A DNA stretch of 64,000 bases from Eledone cirrhosa. Lineage: Eukaryota. Every line of letters begins with the position of its first letter. Position 1 is the stretch's first letter. Positions 29,521 through 43,847 of the stretch are shown piece after piece. Below the pieces are notes generated by a model, which did not search any database, had not been told where the DNA came from, and saw nothing but the letters and a program-made list of their open reading frames with translations. The stretch is taken from contig OZ024742.1 of NCBI GenBank assembly GCA_964016885.1, forward strand, positions 172,050,001-172,114,000, written 5' to 3'. Made by a program: the position numbers and the translations under genes.

Positions 29521-29808
29521 TTAGGTTTAGTGGTTCACCACAGGATAGATCTGGTCATTCGGTATAGATAATTATGATGTAATATTATCAAAAGCACCCG
29601 ACGTCATGCAACTCATCCATCTTTGATGTTGAATCTTGTTGGTGGCACGAGAACGGAGTTATTTATTGAGTAAATGAAATAAATCTTTGAAGGAACTTCT
29701 CCCACGCGGCCTCCTGCCATTTTACTCAATAATAACTATATATATATATATATATATATATGTAGATAAATCTACCAAGAGTTTACGGTAGTGTCCAATC
29801 CGTATGGC

Positions 29809-29860
<52 letters not shown>

Positions 29861-29871
29861 ATGTGTGTGTG

Positions 29872-29920
<49 letters not shown>

Positions 29921-29921
<1 letters not shown>

Positions 29922-30120
29922 TAAAATAGAAAAGGCTTCTACAGAACTAGAATTGTTTCATTCGGGAGAAAACATCAGGGGCTTCCTGATGATTTCTCCC
30001 GAATGAAACAGTTCTAGTCTTGTAGAAGCCTTGTAGAAGCCTTTTCTATATTTAATATTTATACTCTGCTTTGTATTGAGTACCTTACTTACTGTGGTTA
30101 CCCCCAACTGAACCTGGGAC
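29921..30120 (+). mobile_element. PLE-type pseudo-LTR with back-to-back hammerheads (intact HHR 29980-30030); partial copies at 22095-22197 and 43550-43660
   Basis: GGCTTC-CTGATGA-tTTC tccc GAAt-GAAA-CAG..TTG-TA-GAAGCC; inverted copy at 29921-29979. Confidence 0.85.
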
Positions 30121-30712
30121 AAACTTATTAATATATATATATAAGCTAGCATTCTTAAAACATAAGGTGAGAGTAACTTTGAAATTATCTAATCCTGAAC
30201 TATTCAAACTACACATTTATTGATTCATTTGAGATTTTTTCCAACTTGTTTCGAATCTTCCGTCTAAACACTCATGCAACACGTTTGTATGTCTGACCAT
30301 GTGTGTGCCTGACAGAGAAAGTGTGTACACAGTATGGCGAAAGGCTTCAGGAGATCACTTTGCATTCTGATGGTTAGATCCGACAAAGTGGCACCTTGGG
30401 CAAGTATCCTTTACTATAGACGCGGGCCATCCATTGATTTGTGAATGGAATTGTGTAGACAGTTTAGATGCTCGGCGAATAGACTGTATCCGTTAGGTTC
30501 TTTAAGAGTACAGATATATATGGAATACTTTGCCACGTACGCTAGCGTTTTACATTTATCAAATAACTGGAAAACTCAACATGGAACCCAACGGAGGGGT
30601 TTCTTTCGTTCTGTAATGTGGTGGGGTCCCACTAGTGATATACGACAAGTCTTGAACATTTTAACCTGGTAGAACCCATCATTCACCTGGTCTGAACGCT
30701 ACCGATATTTTC

Positions 30713-30795
<83 letters not shown>

Positions 30796-31194
30796 TGGGT
30801 GTAGAGGGGGAGAGACGAAAATGGACATAGTCTGGAAGAGGGAGACAGACATAGATATTGTGAAAGGAAAAAAAGGTCCGCACTATTGTACTGGAATGTT
30901 AGCGTCCCGGGACAAATGGAATACAATGATATCCTCGGTGGGATTGGAATTCAAACACCAGAAAGTTGGACCAGATAACACAAAGCTTTGTAACGATTTA
31001 TCTAATTCGCTACCCATTATCAATGCACTAACAATTTACATATGTATATTTTATGTCGTATAACACTTATGGAACCTGTTATAGACATCTCTGTGTAAAG
31101 ATGTGTGCGTGCTTGTGCTGTGCGTGTGTGGGTAAGGAGTGTATATTGGAGAAGGAGATAAAAGTGTAGAAAAGAAAGTGTTAAATAGAGAGAG

Positions 31195-31289
<95 letters not shown>

Positions 31290-31519
31290 TGAGAGAGAGA
31301 GAGAGAGAGGAGGAGAGCAAGAGAGAGAGCGAGAATGGGAGAGAGAGAGAGAGTTATGGAGTTAGAGAACGGGTAAGAGAGAGATGGATGTGATTTGAGA
31401 GAAAGTGAAAGAGGAAATGGAATAGAGTGCGAAAGAAAGAATGTGAAAGAAGGAAAACTTTAATATTAAAATTTGTCTTGAGATATTTTGAGCTATACTA
31501 AGAAGAGGAAGAAAGCATT

Positions 31520-31830
31520 GAATTGGCCAAGTCGTTAGAACGTCAGCTAGAATATTTTGCAGTATTTGTTCCAGCTCTCTGAGTTCAAATCCCACCGAGG
31601 TCGACTTCGCCTTCCATTCATTCAAGGTCGACAAAAAAAGAACCAGTAAAATACTGGGGTCGATTCTACCTCTATATGTTTTCTCACATTTACTCTCCAT
31701 CCTTCTCTGGAAGAAATCTGCTGTATTCAGACCTGGTGAGTAGATGGGCTCTGCCAGGTTTAAAAATGCTCTAGAAACGCTGTATGTCAATACGGCGCCC
31801 CTACGACTTCCCGAGGAGTTACAGGACCAT
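31520..31830 (+). mobile_element. Older, longer SINE subfamily (related copies 30620-31015 -, 33585-33730 +, 37840-38070 +)
   Basis: B box GAGTTCAAATCC and central domain, followed by shared body GAAATC..TTCAGACC.GGTGA..ATGGG.TCT.CCAGGTT. Confidence 0.65.
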
Positions 31831-31895
31831 GCATGCAAAAAGAAGGAAGATAGACATATTAACTGATGTGTTAAGCGCTGTTATTATTACTATTG

Positions 31896-32748
31896 GTAAA
31901 GTAGGCGGTAGATTGGCAGTACTATTGGTAAAATAGGCGGTGGATTGGCAGTATCGGTAGAGGGTCGGACGCCATGCTTTGACGCAAAGAGTTACGGCCC
32001 TTTCCATTCTGAGTTCAAATCCCGCCGAGGTTAACTTTGCCTTTCATCCTTACGGGGTCGATAAAATAAAGTACCTGTAATGCACTAGGATAATTGCTGG
32101 CCTTGTGCCAAAAGTAGAAACAATTATTACTATTGGTAAAGGCGGTGGATTGGCCGACTCGGTAGAGCGTCGGACACCATGCGTTTCAGCACAGAGTTAC
32201 GTCCCTTTACATACTGAGTTCAAATCCCGCTGGGGTTAACTTAATCTTTCATCCTTACGGAGTCGATAACATAAAGCACCAGTAATGTACTGGTGCCCAT
32301 TTAATCCCCTTCCCTTAAATTACTGGCGTTGTGCCTATACTAGAAATAATTATTACTATTGGTAAGGGCGGAGGATTGGCAGTATCGATAGAGGGTCGGA
32401 CGCCATGCTTTGACGCATGGAGTTACGGCCTATGCCATTCTGAGTTCAAATCCCGCCGAGGTTAACTTTGCCTTTGATCCTTACGGGGTCGATAAAATAA
32501 AGTACTAGTAATGTACTGGGTAATTGCTGGCCTTGTGCCAAAAGTAGAAACAATTAGTACTATTGGTGTTAGGGTGGTGAATTGGCAGTATCGGTTGAGC
32601 GTCGGACAATATGCTTTATAGCATAGAGTTATAGCCCTTACGGTGTTGATAAAATAAAGCACCAGTAACGTACTGGGGTCGATTTAATCGACTTTGACCC
32701 CACCCCAACTACTGGCCTTGTGCCTATGTGAAAAATAATTGTTACTAT
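31896..32748 (+). mobile_element. Head-to-tail array of four SINE units plus a 5' stub
   Basis: Units of ~190-225 bp with A boxes (B box deleted in unit 4), joined by TACTATTGGT(AA). Confidence 0.92.
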
Positions 32749-33779
32749 GGATGTTGATAATGCTACTGTTGGTGTTAATAGTGGTGGTTAATATGTTGGT
32801 GATAGTATTGATTTTGTTGGTGTTTTGATGATGGTAATAGTGTTGAAGTTTGGTAGTTGTTGGGATGCTGATGTTCGTGCTTTACCTCAGTATTACAACT
32901 ATAGCAACTTATTATTAGCGATTCCCACGAAGGTTACTTGTCGATAGTAAAGAAATGCAATCATATAGCATGTACTACAAGTAATCGTACAAGTTAGTAT
33001 AAATACCCCAGTGATGCGGGCCCGGACTAGGTTTTATAGATTTTACTATACAATGCAGGTATATATTCTACTGAATGGCAGAAGATAGGAACAACCCATA
33101 ACATTACTGTACATATAGTAACTACAACTACCACTGTTACTGTCATGTGAGAAACCGTCAAAATGATCACTCTTATGATTAAATGTAGACCTGTTATGCA
33201 TGCTGTTACCAGTTTGCCAAACTCCAGTATATAAAGATATTCCATTCTCCTATCCACACTAATTCTATATTTCTGTCGAAACGATACACATGTTATTGTA
33301 AGTATTCTACCAATTCTGGTATTCTACTATATAACAATTCTACTACTCACCCAAAAGCTGTGGAAACTTGAGGGGCTGCAATATCACCGAATATTTAAAA
33401 GGATCTCTTGTTAATCATTATGTCCCGGGTACGATCCCATTGCGTGGAATTCTATGCATTTTAAAGTCTACTAATAATTCTACAAATATCTGTAGACGCA
33501 GTGCAGGTTACACTAATAATGTTATAGTACACGCTTAGGACATTAGTAGAAAACGTTCGATATTCATTATGGCTCACTATGCCCTGAGGTCAAATTCTCC
33601 CGAGGTCAAATTTGCCTATTATTCTTTCGAGGTCAATAAAAGTACTGGAATAGATACTCTCTCTCTGTGAAAGAAATCGGCACTGTTCAGACGTATAGCG
33701 AAGGTGAGCTCACTACCAGGTTCAACATTGATCAGGGTACATTTGAACTCTGAACGAAGGGGCTTCTCTGTAGTCGCTT

Positions 33780-34325
33780 GAATTAGGCAGAAGGCCAACA
33801 AATTTAAGCGGAGGGGAAAGTCGATTAAATTGACCCAAGTGCTTTACTGGTGTATATTTTATTGACCCGGTAACGATAAAAGGCAAAAATAACTTGGCAG
33901 GATTTGTAATCAGAACGTAAAAAGAAGTAACAAAATGCCGCAAATCGCTCTACCGACATTGGCACTCAACTTCCCTCTTCCTACTACTATTACAACTAAT
34001 AATGGTTTCTGATTTAGGCATAAAGCCAAGAATTTTAGGATCGGGGTAAGTCGATTAAATCGACCTCAGTGCATGACTGGTGCTTTATTTTATCAATCGA
34101 GTAAGGATGAAAGGCGATGCTCACCTAGGAGGGATTTGAAATCTGACCGTAAAGTCGATTACATGAAAGCCAGTGCATGATTGGTACTTTATTTTATCGA
34201 CCCAGGAAGGATAAAAGGCAAAGCTAACCTCGGCGGGATTAGAGTCTGAAACGTAAAGGGACGGGAGTATGCCGTGAAGCATGTTGTATGACGTTCTATC
34301 GATACTATTAATCCGTCGCCTTCGC
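33780..34325 (-). mobile_element. Cluster of 2-3 diverged SINE copies
   Basis: Repeated TTTATTTTATCGACCC..AAGGAT.AAAGGCAAAG..AACCTCGGCGGGATT. Confidence 0.75.
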
Positions 34326-35305
34326 TGCTGCAAATGATAATATTAATAATCAATTGTGTTAAACACCTTTTCCTGCATTTTTACTGATTATGTCCATCCC
34401 CAACAATCTTCAATATTTATGTATATCGAGGCAACATTAAAGTATCTACATCGTTATTATTCCTGGTAAAAATAGCAGTGAAAATTTCCTTAAATCACAA
34501 AATCAGTGGGACTCGGCTGTAATTTGCATTCAGACATGATATGTAGTTTCTAAATAAAGCATTTGCTAACATTAATCCGCTGCTATTAACACACAATGGA
34601 AACTTCCTATGATGTGCAAACACGTAGAAGGCCAGCAATATTGCATAGTTATAAGCTATAGGAACAACGATATGTTAGTAATGGGACCCCTTTCATTGAA
34701 ACACCCCACCTCCCAAAATATCCTCAAAATGCAAACTCGTAGGATGCCATATAATCTTGCAAAGTTATGAGCTGTATGGCTCCTCTCATTTAAACAAGAG
34801 AAACCTCTTAGAATAGCTAAACCTCCATACGTGTGAATTGTTAGAAAATGATAGAACTGGGGCCCCAAGAAAGCTCCTATGAGAGGTAATATACATAAGG
34901 GTGAGCTATAAACTTCAAATTGATACGATACAAACCAGTTATTACAATTGATGTCGCTGGCATATGAGTCTATCATTCAGTATTTATGGAAAAATGGACA
35001 ATCTTTGGTATACCACATGTCATTGCACAAGAAAGATGAGCAGCTATACTTGAGTGGTACGTTAGCGACCACGGCTACAATAATCGACAATTTTGACATC
35101 TGCTGCATTTGAAATCAACTAACAGATATCAGAAACATGTAGTGCTAGGCATTCTCTCTCTGGCTTTAACAATACCGATAAAATATATGAGCATGCGTAT
35201 GTATGTGTGTGTGAGTGCATATATGTGGAAGCAAGCAAGAAGGCAAGTAAGCCCTGTTTCAAGATTCATTAAACTCTCATCAATGATATTTTCTAAACCA
35301 ATACT

Positions 35306-35490
35306 TGTTTCTACTTTATGCACAAGGCCAGCAATTACCCAGTGCATTACTGGTACTTTATTTTATCGACCCCGTAAGGATGAAAGGCAAAGTCAACCTC
35401 GGCGGGATTTGAACTCAGATCGTAAAGGGACGTAACTATGCTTGAAAGCATGGCGTCCGACCGTCTACCGATACTGCCAATCCACCGCCC
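35306..35490 (-). mobile_element. SINE with perfect 18-bp target-site duplication
   Basis: ATTTTCTAAACCAATACT at 35288-35305 and 35491-35508 flanks a complete unit. Confidence 0.93.
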
Positions 35491-36441
35491 ATTTTCTAAA
35501 CCAATACTGACATGGAAATAGACCAGTGTGAATATAGAATTTGCGTGATGAACAATTGCTGGATATGCTCATTTGCATATTGGTAGGAGGTTTCAATTAA
35601 TTGGCAGCAACACTCAGACAGCTTTAAGCGCAGTATGAGTATATATATGAAAGCATATTCTATAAGTTATATAAAATAAACATATGGAAGCCTCGCTGTG
35701 AAATATACAAATATGTTTCGTTGCGAAAAGAAAATATTCTCTTTTATTCACTGAACATATATATATATGTGTGTGGCGTACGTGTGTATCAACATGTGAT
35801 TATTGCTTTGTATATATCCATGTGTATATAAGTATATAACTATTATATACCTAAATATATAAATGTGTATCAGTATATATATATATATATACATATATAT
35901 AATAAGGAGATGACGGACCCAGCATATATATATATATATATAAAATGGCGTTGCCCAGTGGTTGCACATGGGTTACATATGAATAAAAGTAGTCCTTCAT
36001 CAGTGATCTTCCAACCTTCATTGGTATTTCTTCGCTTTAAAGATCATATACCTCTAGTTGGTGCGAGCAATAACTAAAGAGAGTTATTGGGACACGTAAA
36101 ATAGGGTGAAGCGAGCGGCACATGTAAACAAACATAGATGGTAATGCAACGGAAAGAGAGGAAGAGGAGAAACAAGTCCGTGATATCTGTGAACTTAAGT
36201 TCGGTGAAATCATAGACGAGAGGTAAAAACCATCCGACCTGGGCGAGATGTGAGCCTGAAAAGGATTTCACACAGGTCAAACGGGAGGAAGTGAAAGAGG
36301 GGGAGAAGTAGGGAATGAGTGAGTGAAAGGGCGAGGAAGAGGCCAGCTGATAGAGAGAGAGCTACTGGCTATACCTCTGTTTGGTGCGAACAATAACTAA
36401 AAAAAAGGTTATTGGGACCGATATTGTGAAACGAACACTCG

Positions 36442-36513
<72 letters not shown>

Positions 36514-37221
36514 TCATACTCAGACAAGCCCTGGTTTACTGTTATTTTATCTCCAGATTATTTACAAGGCTATCACAGACGAGTGTTCGTTACACACTAC
36601 CGTCTATCTTTAAAGTAATATTCAGGAAGATTCATCGGCACATGTTATGCGACCAGGCTGTCCCTATATTTTACAGTTATAGTCCAACCGACGTGCTTCC
36701 AAACAAACCCAAACTATCCAATTCCTTTCACAAAGCACGAGCCGACCCGAGGCTATGGAAAATAATACTTGCCCAAATGCCCCACAGTTGGATCGAACGA
36801 GGGACCTAATGATTAATTTGTGAATCTCATAACCATTCGTAAAATATGCGTCCAACATCTAAAAATATAGGGGTCACACATATATACACGTGTTGATATG
36901 GCGCATGTCTTTCTGGCATGACACCCATAATTTTGATTTAGATTAAATTCATTTAATTTATCTTAATTTTAGATATAGATATATATATATTTATATATAG
37001 AAATGATTACAGGAATATGGAATCATCAGGAATATCAAGGATTTCATATGAATGAAACGTTTCTACTCATGTAACAGTGAATTCTATGAATATGCTTATA
37101 CTCTACCAACATATTCTTTAACTATGGTCACCTCCTGATGACAGTGAGGAACCTACATCCTCCCCCCTCCTCTCTCTCTCTCTAGATATATATATACACA
37201 CACGAATGCTTGCACACACTC

Positions 37222-37289
<68 letters not shown>

Positions 37290-37297
37290 ATATATAT

Positions 37298-37352
<55 letters not shown>

Positions 37353-37630
37353 TATAAACGTTAATAAAAACAAAGTAACATTAAATTCGACGCCCCCGTA
37401 ATACCAATTTGTATGGGTTTGGCTGTTATGATGGGAAGATTTGGCTGTTGCGTTGGGAGTGTTTCGTATGATTATAGAAGTTGGGATTAGTTTTCCTTTC
37501 TGTACAATGTATAATGTGTTACGCATCTGGAAACTGTGGTTGTTTTTCCCTATATGGAGTATATTTACTTGAGAGTGTACTTTGTTTCTGTTTTTGTTAC
37601 GGCAATTCACAGCCATGATTCAGTGTGCGC

Positions 37631-37809
<179 letters not shown>

Positions 37810-38522
37810 GTGTGTGTGTGTTTAGGTGTATTTATGTACCGAAGTCAACTTTGCCTTTCTTGCTTTCGAGGTCGCTAAAAAGTACCAGATTTATATTCGT
37901 GTGGATCGTCTCCTATATCTCTTACTCACTTCATCTCTCTGACTTTCTACGGTTCTTTGAAATAAATATGTTGTGTTCAGAACTGGAGGGTGTGGGGTTC
38001 CGTCAGGCGTAAAAAACCCAAGGAACGACGTATGTTTCTACGATGCATCCACAACACCACTAGGAGCTACGGAACCATACCATACATAGCATTCATGATC
38101 GTATACTTATACAACTTTCTGGGTAATGAGTTCGCTTCGCCAATAGATTGCCTGGTATTTCCTCCAGAATCGCACTGACCAAAGTGTTGAGCGACATTTC
38201 TAGGGGAAACTCTAGAACACTATGATATATGTGTAATATATATAATTTTGTTTTGTGGTATCCATGGTGTTCGCATAAATGACGATGTTGCAGATGTGCA
38301 ACGAAAGATTTATGTAAATTATGTAAACTATATATATGTGTTTGTGTCTATATTGTATCTATATTATTTTTGATCGTCGGTCAGTCAATGGCAACATTGA
38401 GGACCGAGTAAGTTAGATCGCAGATATAAAAGACAGCGAGAAGCGAAAACCAACCAAACAGTGAGTGTGTTCTGTTGTTAATTCTGGCAATATTACGCAA
38501 ATATGACCCTCCCCAAGTATAA

Positions 38523-38581
<59 letters not shown>

Positions 38582-38612
38582 CTAAGACCATGAATACCAC
38601 AAAACATAATGA

Positions 38613-38796
38613 TTATTTCTACTTTTGGCACAAGGCCAGCAATTATTCCAGTATATTACTGGTACGTTATGTTATCGACCCCGTAAGAATGAAAGGCAAA
38701 GTTAACCTTGGCAGGATTTGAACTCAGAACGTAAAGGGCAATAACTCTATGCTGCAAAGCATGGCGTCCGACCCTCTACCGATACTATCAATCCAC
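38613..38796 (-). mobile_element. SINE (main family)
   Basis: Same consensus as 35306-35490. Confidence 0.88.
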
Positions 38797-39190
38797 TATG
38801 CACAATTATCGATTATATACCAAGCCGGTAAATTAATGATATAATGGTCCGGCCTCCAGCTCTGATGTTTAACCTTATAATCTCTCCCTTTCCCCATATA
38901 TATGCGTGTGTGAAAATGTGTGATATATATTTACGCTTTTATCAATGTCGGTGTTTATGTCCTGTAACTTAGCGAGCCGGCAACAAAGAGATCGATATAA
39001 TTAGTGCCAGACTGGAGTCGATATAATTATCTAAATCAAGGTGCTCGCACAACATGGCAGTTATCTTATAACCAAAATTCAATAAAAGAATACAATGCCT
39101 TGATCATGTCTAGAATATATAGGTTTCCGAAGCGTTTACCTAAGTACTTCTCTTAAGATATATTTATATAAATATACACTCTTATATATA

Positions 39191-39274
<84 letters not shown>

Positions 39275-40859
39275 TATATATAAGAGTGTATATTTATATA
39301 AATATATCTTAAGAGAAGTACTTAGGTATATATATATACACAGTATATATATATATATACACAAACACACAAATACTCATACATACACTGACGTATGTAT
39401 ATATAAAGATTCCGAACTGTTCAGATCTAGCTGTCGAAACGGCCGAAGCTCAGCCATTGGGGTCCTGAATTTTTCCTATATATATATATATGGCTGAGCT
39501 TCGGCCGTTTCGACAGCTAGATCTGAACAGTTCTATTAGCCATTCTACTACCCTAAGTATCGAGTTCTCTGGTGCGTTATGGTCCACCTGGTTCCTTACC
39601 ACACTTTCTTTGTTATATCTATATACGTCCGTGTATGTATGAGTATGTGTGTTTGTGTGTATATATATATTTATATATATGAGTGCATATATATATATCT
39701 TTAGAGACGTACTTAGCTAAATACTTCGGAAACCTCTATATTCAAGACATGTGTGTATTTGTGTTGATATATGTGAGTGTGTGTGTGGGTACATTAAGTG
39801 TGTGAAATTTATGTGTGTGTATATGTGTTTATAAATATACATATAAATCTTTCGTAATGTGACGTAACTATATTCAGTAAGGAAAAAAGATGAGAACAGT
39901 TTAATGTTGCTCTTTACGTAAGTGGTTTGTTGTTGTTTAGTCCCCAGGTCAGGTCAGTCCTTATTTACTGCCCAGTCTGGATCATCTCGTGTTTTATGGA
40001 ATGAAGAATGTGTGGGAGAGATATTATCCAATGTCCTCTTTATCATAAGCGTATGGTAAAACGTGAGGCTCCTTTTCTATTTCTAGCACGTTATGCAACC
40101 ACGTAGGCTTGCGAAATTTTATATCGCTCATAAGGTTTTATTGGCGATATTTTGTTCATTATACGCCTTGTCGAACTGATGTATGATTAATGGTTACCAC
40201 CCATGACAATTCAATCTAGATTTATAATTATACCCAGTGAAATCTAAATTGCAAATCCTGCCGAGTTAGCGTTGCCTTTCATCCTTACGGGGTCGATAAG
40301 ATATAGTACCAGTAAAGTGCTGGGGTCGTTTAGTCGACCTTCCCCTCGCCTAAAATTGTTGGCCTTCTGCCTAAATCAGAAACAATTATTATTGAAAGTG
40401 AAGTTTATAGGGCGTACATGTGCGCTGTTTTGGTTGATTTGACTGCTATTTCTCGCATACTGAATAGCCACAGAGACTCCCTTATTACCTTATACTGCTG
40501 TTGGTTTTACTACTACTACTACTACTACTACTACTGTAACTGTTGGACCTTCGTCTGTTTCGACGACGATTGCTCCAGGTGTTAGAGCAATGAAATTTAA
40601 CATGCAAGCAGGTGAACATTGTAGAGGTGTGTGCACACTTAACGTAGATCTCGGGGAGATTCAGTGTAAAATATTGTCTCATGATCGATCATTTGAGTTA
40701 CAATTACATTTTACCAGCTTGAGTGGGCTTCAGCAATGTGAAATAAAGAATACAACGTGCCACCTCGTCAGGTTATCGAATAACCGACTACGATCGCTAA
40801 AACATCCCAAGTACGACGAACACAACCAACAGGGCCAGTTTTGTCTTTCACCGTTTCTG

Positions 40860-41165
40860 GGTTGATAAAATACCCGTTATTACTGGAATCGATCGAATCG
40901 ACTTTCTTTTTAAAATTACCGGGCTATCGCCTAAATTAAAATATTTTTATTATTATTAAGGAAGGCGGATTGACAGAATCGATTGAGGGTCAAACATTTA
41001 AGCCCCGCCAAGATTGACTTTGCCTTCATTCTTCCGAGGTCGATAAAATAAAGCACCAATAGCACATGTGGGTAAATTTAATAGACTTACCTTCCCATCA
41101 AATTTGCTGGCCTTGTGCTTAATTCAGAAACCATTATTATTAAGGGTGAAGGATTGGCTCTATCG
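40860..41165 (+). mobile_element. Degenerate tandem SINE fragments (further fragment at 40245-40392)
   Basis: Central domain and 3' GCTGGCCTTGTGC.TAA.TCAGAAAC.ATTATT repeated. Confidence 0.7.
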
Positions 41166-41478
41166 GTAGATACATATCTATATTCACACACACATATTTT
41201 AAAACGTTGTTGTCGCTAGTTTTCATGCTATAGCTTTGCACTGATCAGTCTTGGCGGAACACAACAATCAGGCATTGTCATTCAAAACATGGTCATCCTG
41301 TTACTTTTTATCAAGGTGTAAGCATCTAGGATCACATGGAAACAATGTCTCATTAAATCGGTCTGAAGTATGATTTGAGGGAATTGAGACTGCTATTTCT
41401 AACAGAAAGATCGACCATGATACTTTCTTTAATGTTTGTCGTTAGTGCTTGTAGTGGTATTATTATTACTAGTGGTTA

Positions 41479-41697
41479 GGGCGGTGGATTGGCAGTATCG
41501 GTAGAGAGTCGGACACCATGCTTTGCAGCATAGAATTACGTTTTTTTACGGTCTGAGTTCAAATCCCGCCGATGTTAACTTTGACTTTTATCCTTACCGG
41601 GTCGATAAAATAAAGCACCAGTAACGTACTGGGGTCGATTTAAACGACCCCCCCCCCAATTACTCGCCTTGTGCCTATACTAGAAATCATAATTATT
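41479..41697 (+). mobile_element. Full-length SINE (main family)
   Basis: A/B boxes, central domain and ATT tail. Confidence 0.9.
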
Positions 41698-42990
41698 ACT
41701 GCTTAATCTATTGTTCTACGAACGGAATTAGCCTAGCCGGCATCTGAGAGATTCAGGGTTCGATTCCTCGTAGCAGCCGATGGCAAATTCTTTTTCCCTC
41801 TTTAAGGATCTACACTCTAATTTATAGTATTTCTTCGCACGCATAAATCTCTCTTTATATTATCTATCTATATATCTATATCTATATCTATGTATCTATC
41901 TCTCTGTATATATAATATCGTTATCATAAGGTTGCAATATATGTTTATTACTTTCGTAACCATTTCACGAATCAGATTTAACATTGATGCAGCAAGGTTT
42001 TCTCTTTTTTTTTATCTTGTTTTGTTTATATTTGCAGAAATGTGTGCAAGAATAAATAAAATGAACAATTCCGAGATTTTTCCATTATTATTATTATTAT
42101 TATTGATCAGACAAATGCTTAGGACATATACATATATATATAAAGAGAGAGAGAGAGAGAGAGATAGATCGTAGAGAGAGAGATAGAGAGAGAGAGGGGG
42201 AGGGAGAGAGAGAGCCGTTAAGACAGGCCGCTTATTTCTGATATGAATGAACATATTTGAGAATATTTGATACGCTCCTTTATTTTTTAAGTGTGTTCCA
42301 TGAATTCCAAATAAAATGTAGAGCGTTGTGTTCGTGTGACAGGCTGATCAAATAGCTCTACATTTATTTAAATATATAGCGTTACTGCTGATGTTGTTGC
42401 TGCTTCTTTCTATTATAGAAAATCTTTTATTAATGTTGGTATTGATGATGATGGCGTCGGTGACGATAATAGACTTATTTTGTATTATCTCAATTGATAA
42501 CAGTATCAGAGTATCACAGTTTGTGTGTGTACACGCAAAACTCATACATATACATTTTTATTCACTCATGCAAAATACACGTGTATATGTTTTTATTTAT
42601 GAGTTTAAATCTAAATAAATATATATATATTACGTTCTTTTATACGTGCGAACGATAATTTATATATGAATATCTAGACGTTTAAGTCATATATATCGAT
42701 ACAAAACAGAGACAGAGAGAAAACGAAAATGAGAGAGAGAGAAAGAACGAAAAAAGAGCTTGATAGAAGTATCGGAGAGAAAGGTGTGTGTGTTTGTGTG
42801 TGTGTGTGTGTGTATATGCGATTATATATGACTGTGAAGAAGTATTTTATTGATAGAATCAAACACTTTTGTAAACATATACACATTTTGGTCGAGTACA
42901 TTAACTAACAGAACATATATTCACTAGTACACATCGTATTGTTTCATTAAAACATTGTAAAATCCCTATATGTGTGTGTGTGTGCCTATA

Positions 42991-43026
<36 letters not shown>

Positions 43027-43075
43027 AATATATGTATATATATGTCTATATATATGAATTTATATGTATTTACAT

Positions 43076-43131
<56 letters not shown>

Positions 43132-43250
43132 CGAAGGAAATGTGGTAAGGAACCAGGTGGACCATAACGCACCAAAGTACTCAATACTTTTTTTAGTCCA
43201 GAATTAGCCGTCGAAACGGCTTGAGCTCAGCCGTCGGGGTCTTACTGGTT

Positions 43251-43335
<85 letters not shown>

Positions 43336-43847
43336 GTATATATATAGGAATTTATATGTATTTACATGGGACATATATATATATATATATTATTTAAAGA
43401 GAAGAGAGATAGTACCGTCTGCATTCCCTGAATTCTGTTAGGGTCTGTATTTGTGACACTTATAGAAACAAATTCCAGGACAATTATAGTTTTACACACA
43501 CACACACACACACGCACACGCACACGCACACGCACACGCACACACGCGTGAATGAAACAGTTCTAGGCCACTAGAAGCCATTTCTATATTAAAAATTTTA
43601 TACTCTACTATGTATTGAGTACCTTACTTACTGCGGTTACCCCAAATCGAACCCGAGATACACACATATATATTTATATAGACATACACACATAGAGGTG
43701 GTGAATCTTCTCTGCCAAGCTGTATATAGTGTCCGCCAGCTGGTCGTTGGTTGCATTTTGCGGTATGCTGCACATGGGTGCAACAATTAGTACCAAATCG
43801 CCCATACACAGCTGAGAGTCCTTTTCTGATTAAACCCCAACAGATAC

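Noticed and set aside
31930-32030. tRNA genes suggested by A/B boxes
   Set aside because: No cloverleaf; the boxes are followed by SINE body and tail
33027-33272. Minus-strand ORF after a possible acceptor, as the next host exon
   Set aside because: A phase-1 join to the 52141 donor hits an immediate stop; no recognisable domain
34650-35110. Possible decayed RTE ORF end
   Set aside because: Only scattered residues fit; too many frameshifts to support by eye
37010-37160. Two CTGATGA motifs on opposite strands
   Set aside because: Could not build stems II/III with a downstream GAAA
40485-40682. Ser/Arg-rich minus-strand ORF ending near a GTAAT donor
   Set aside because: Partly (TAG)n repeat; weak splice signals; no homology recognisable
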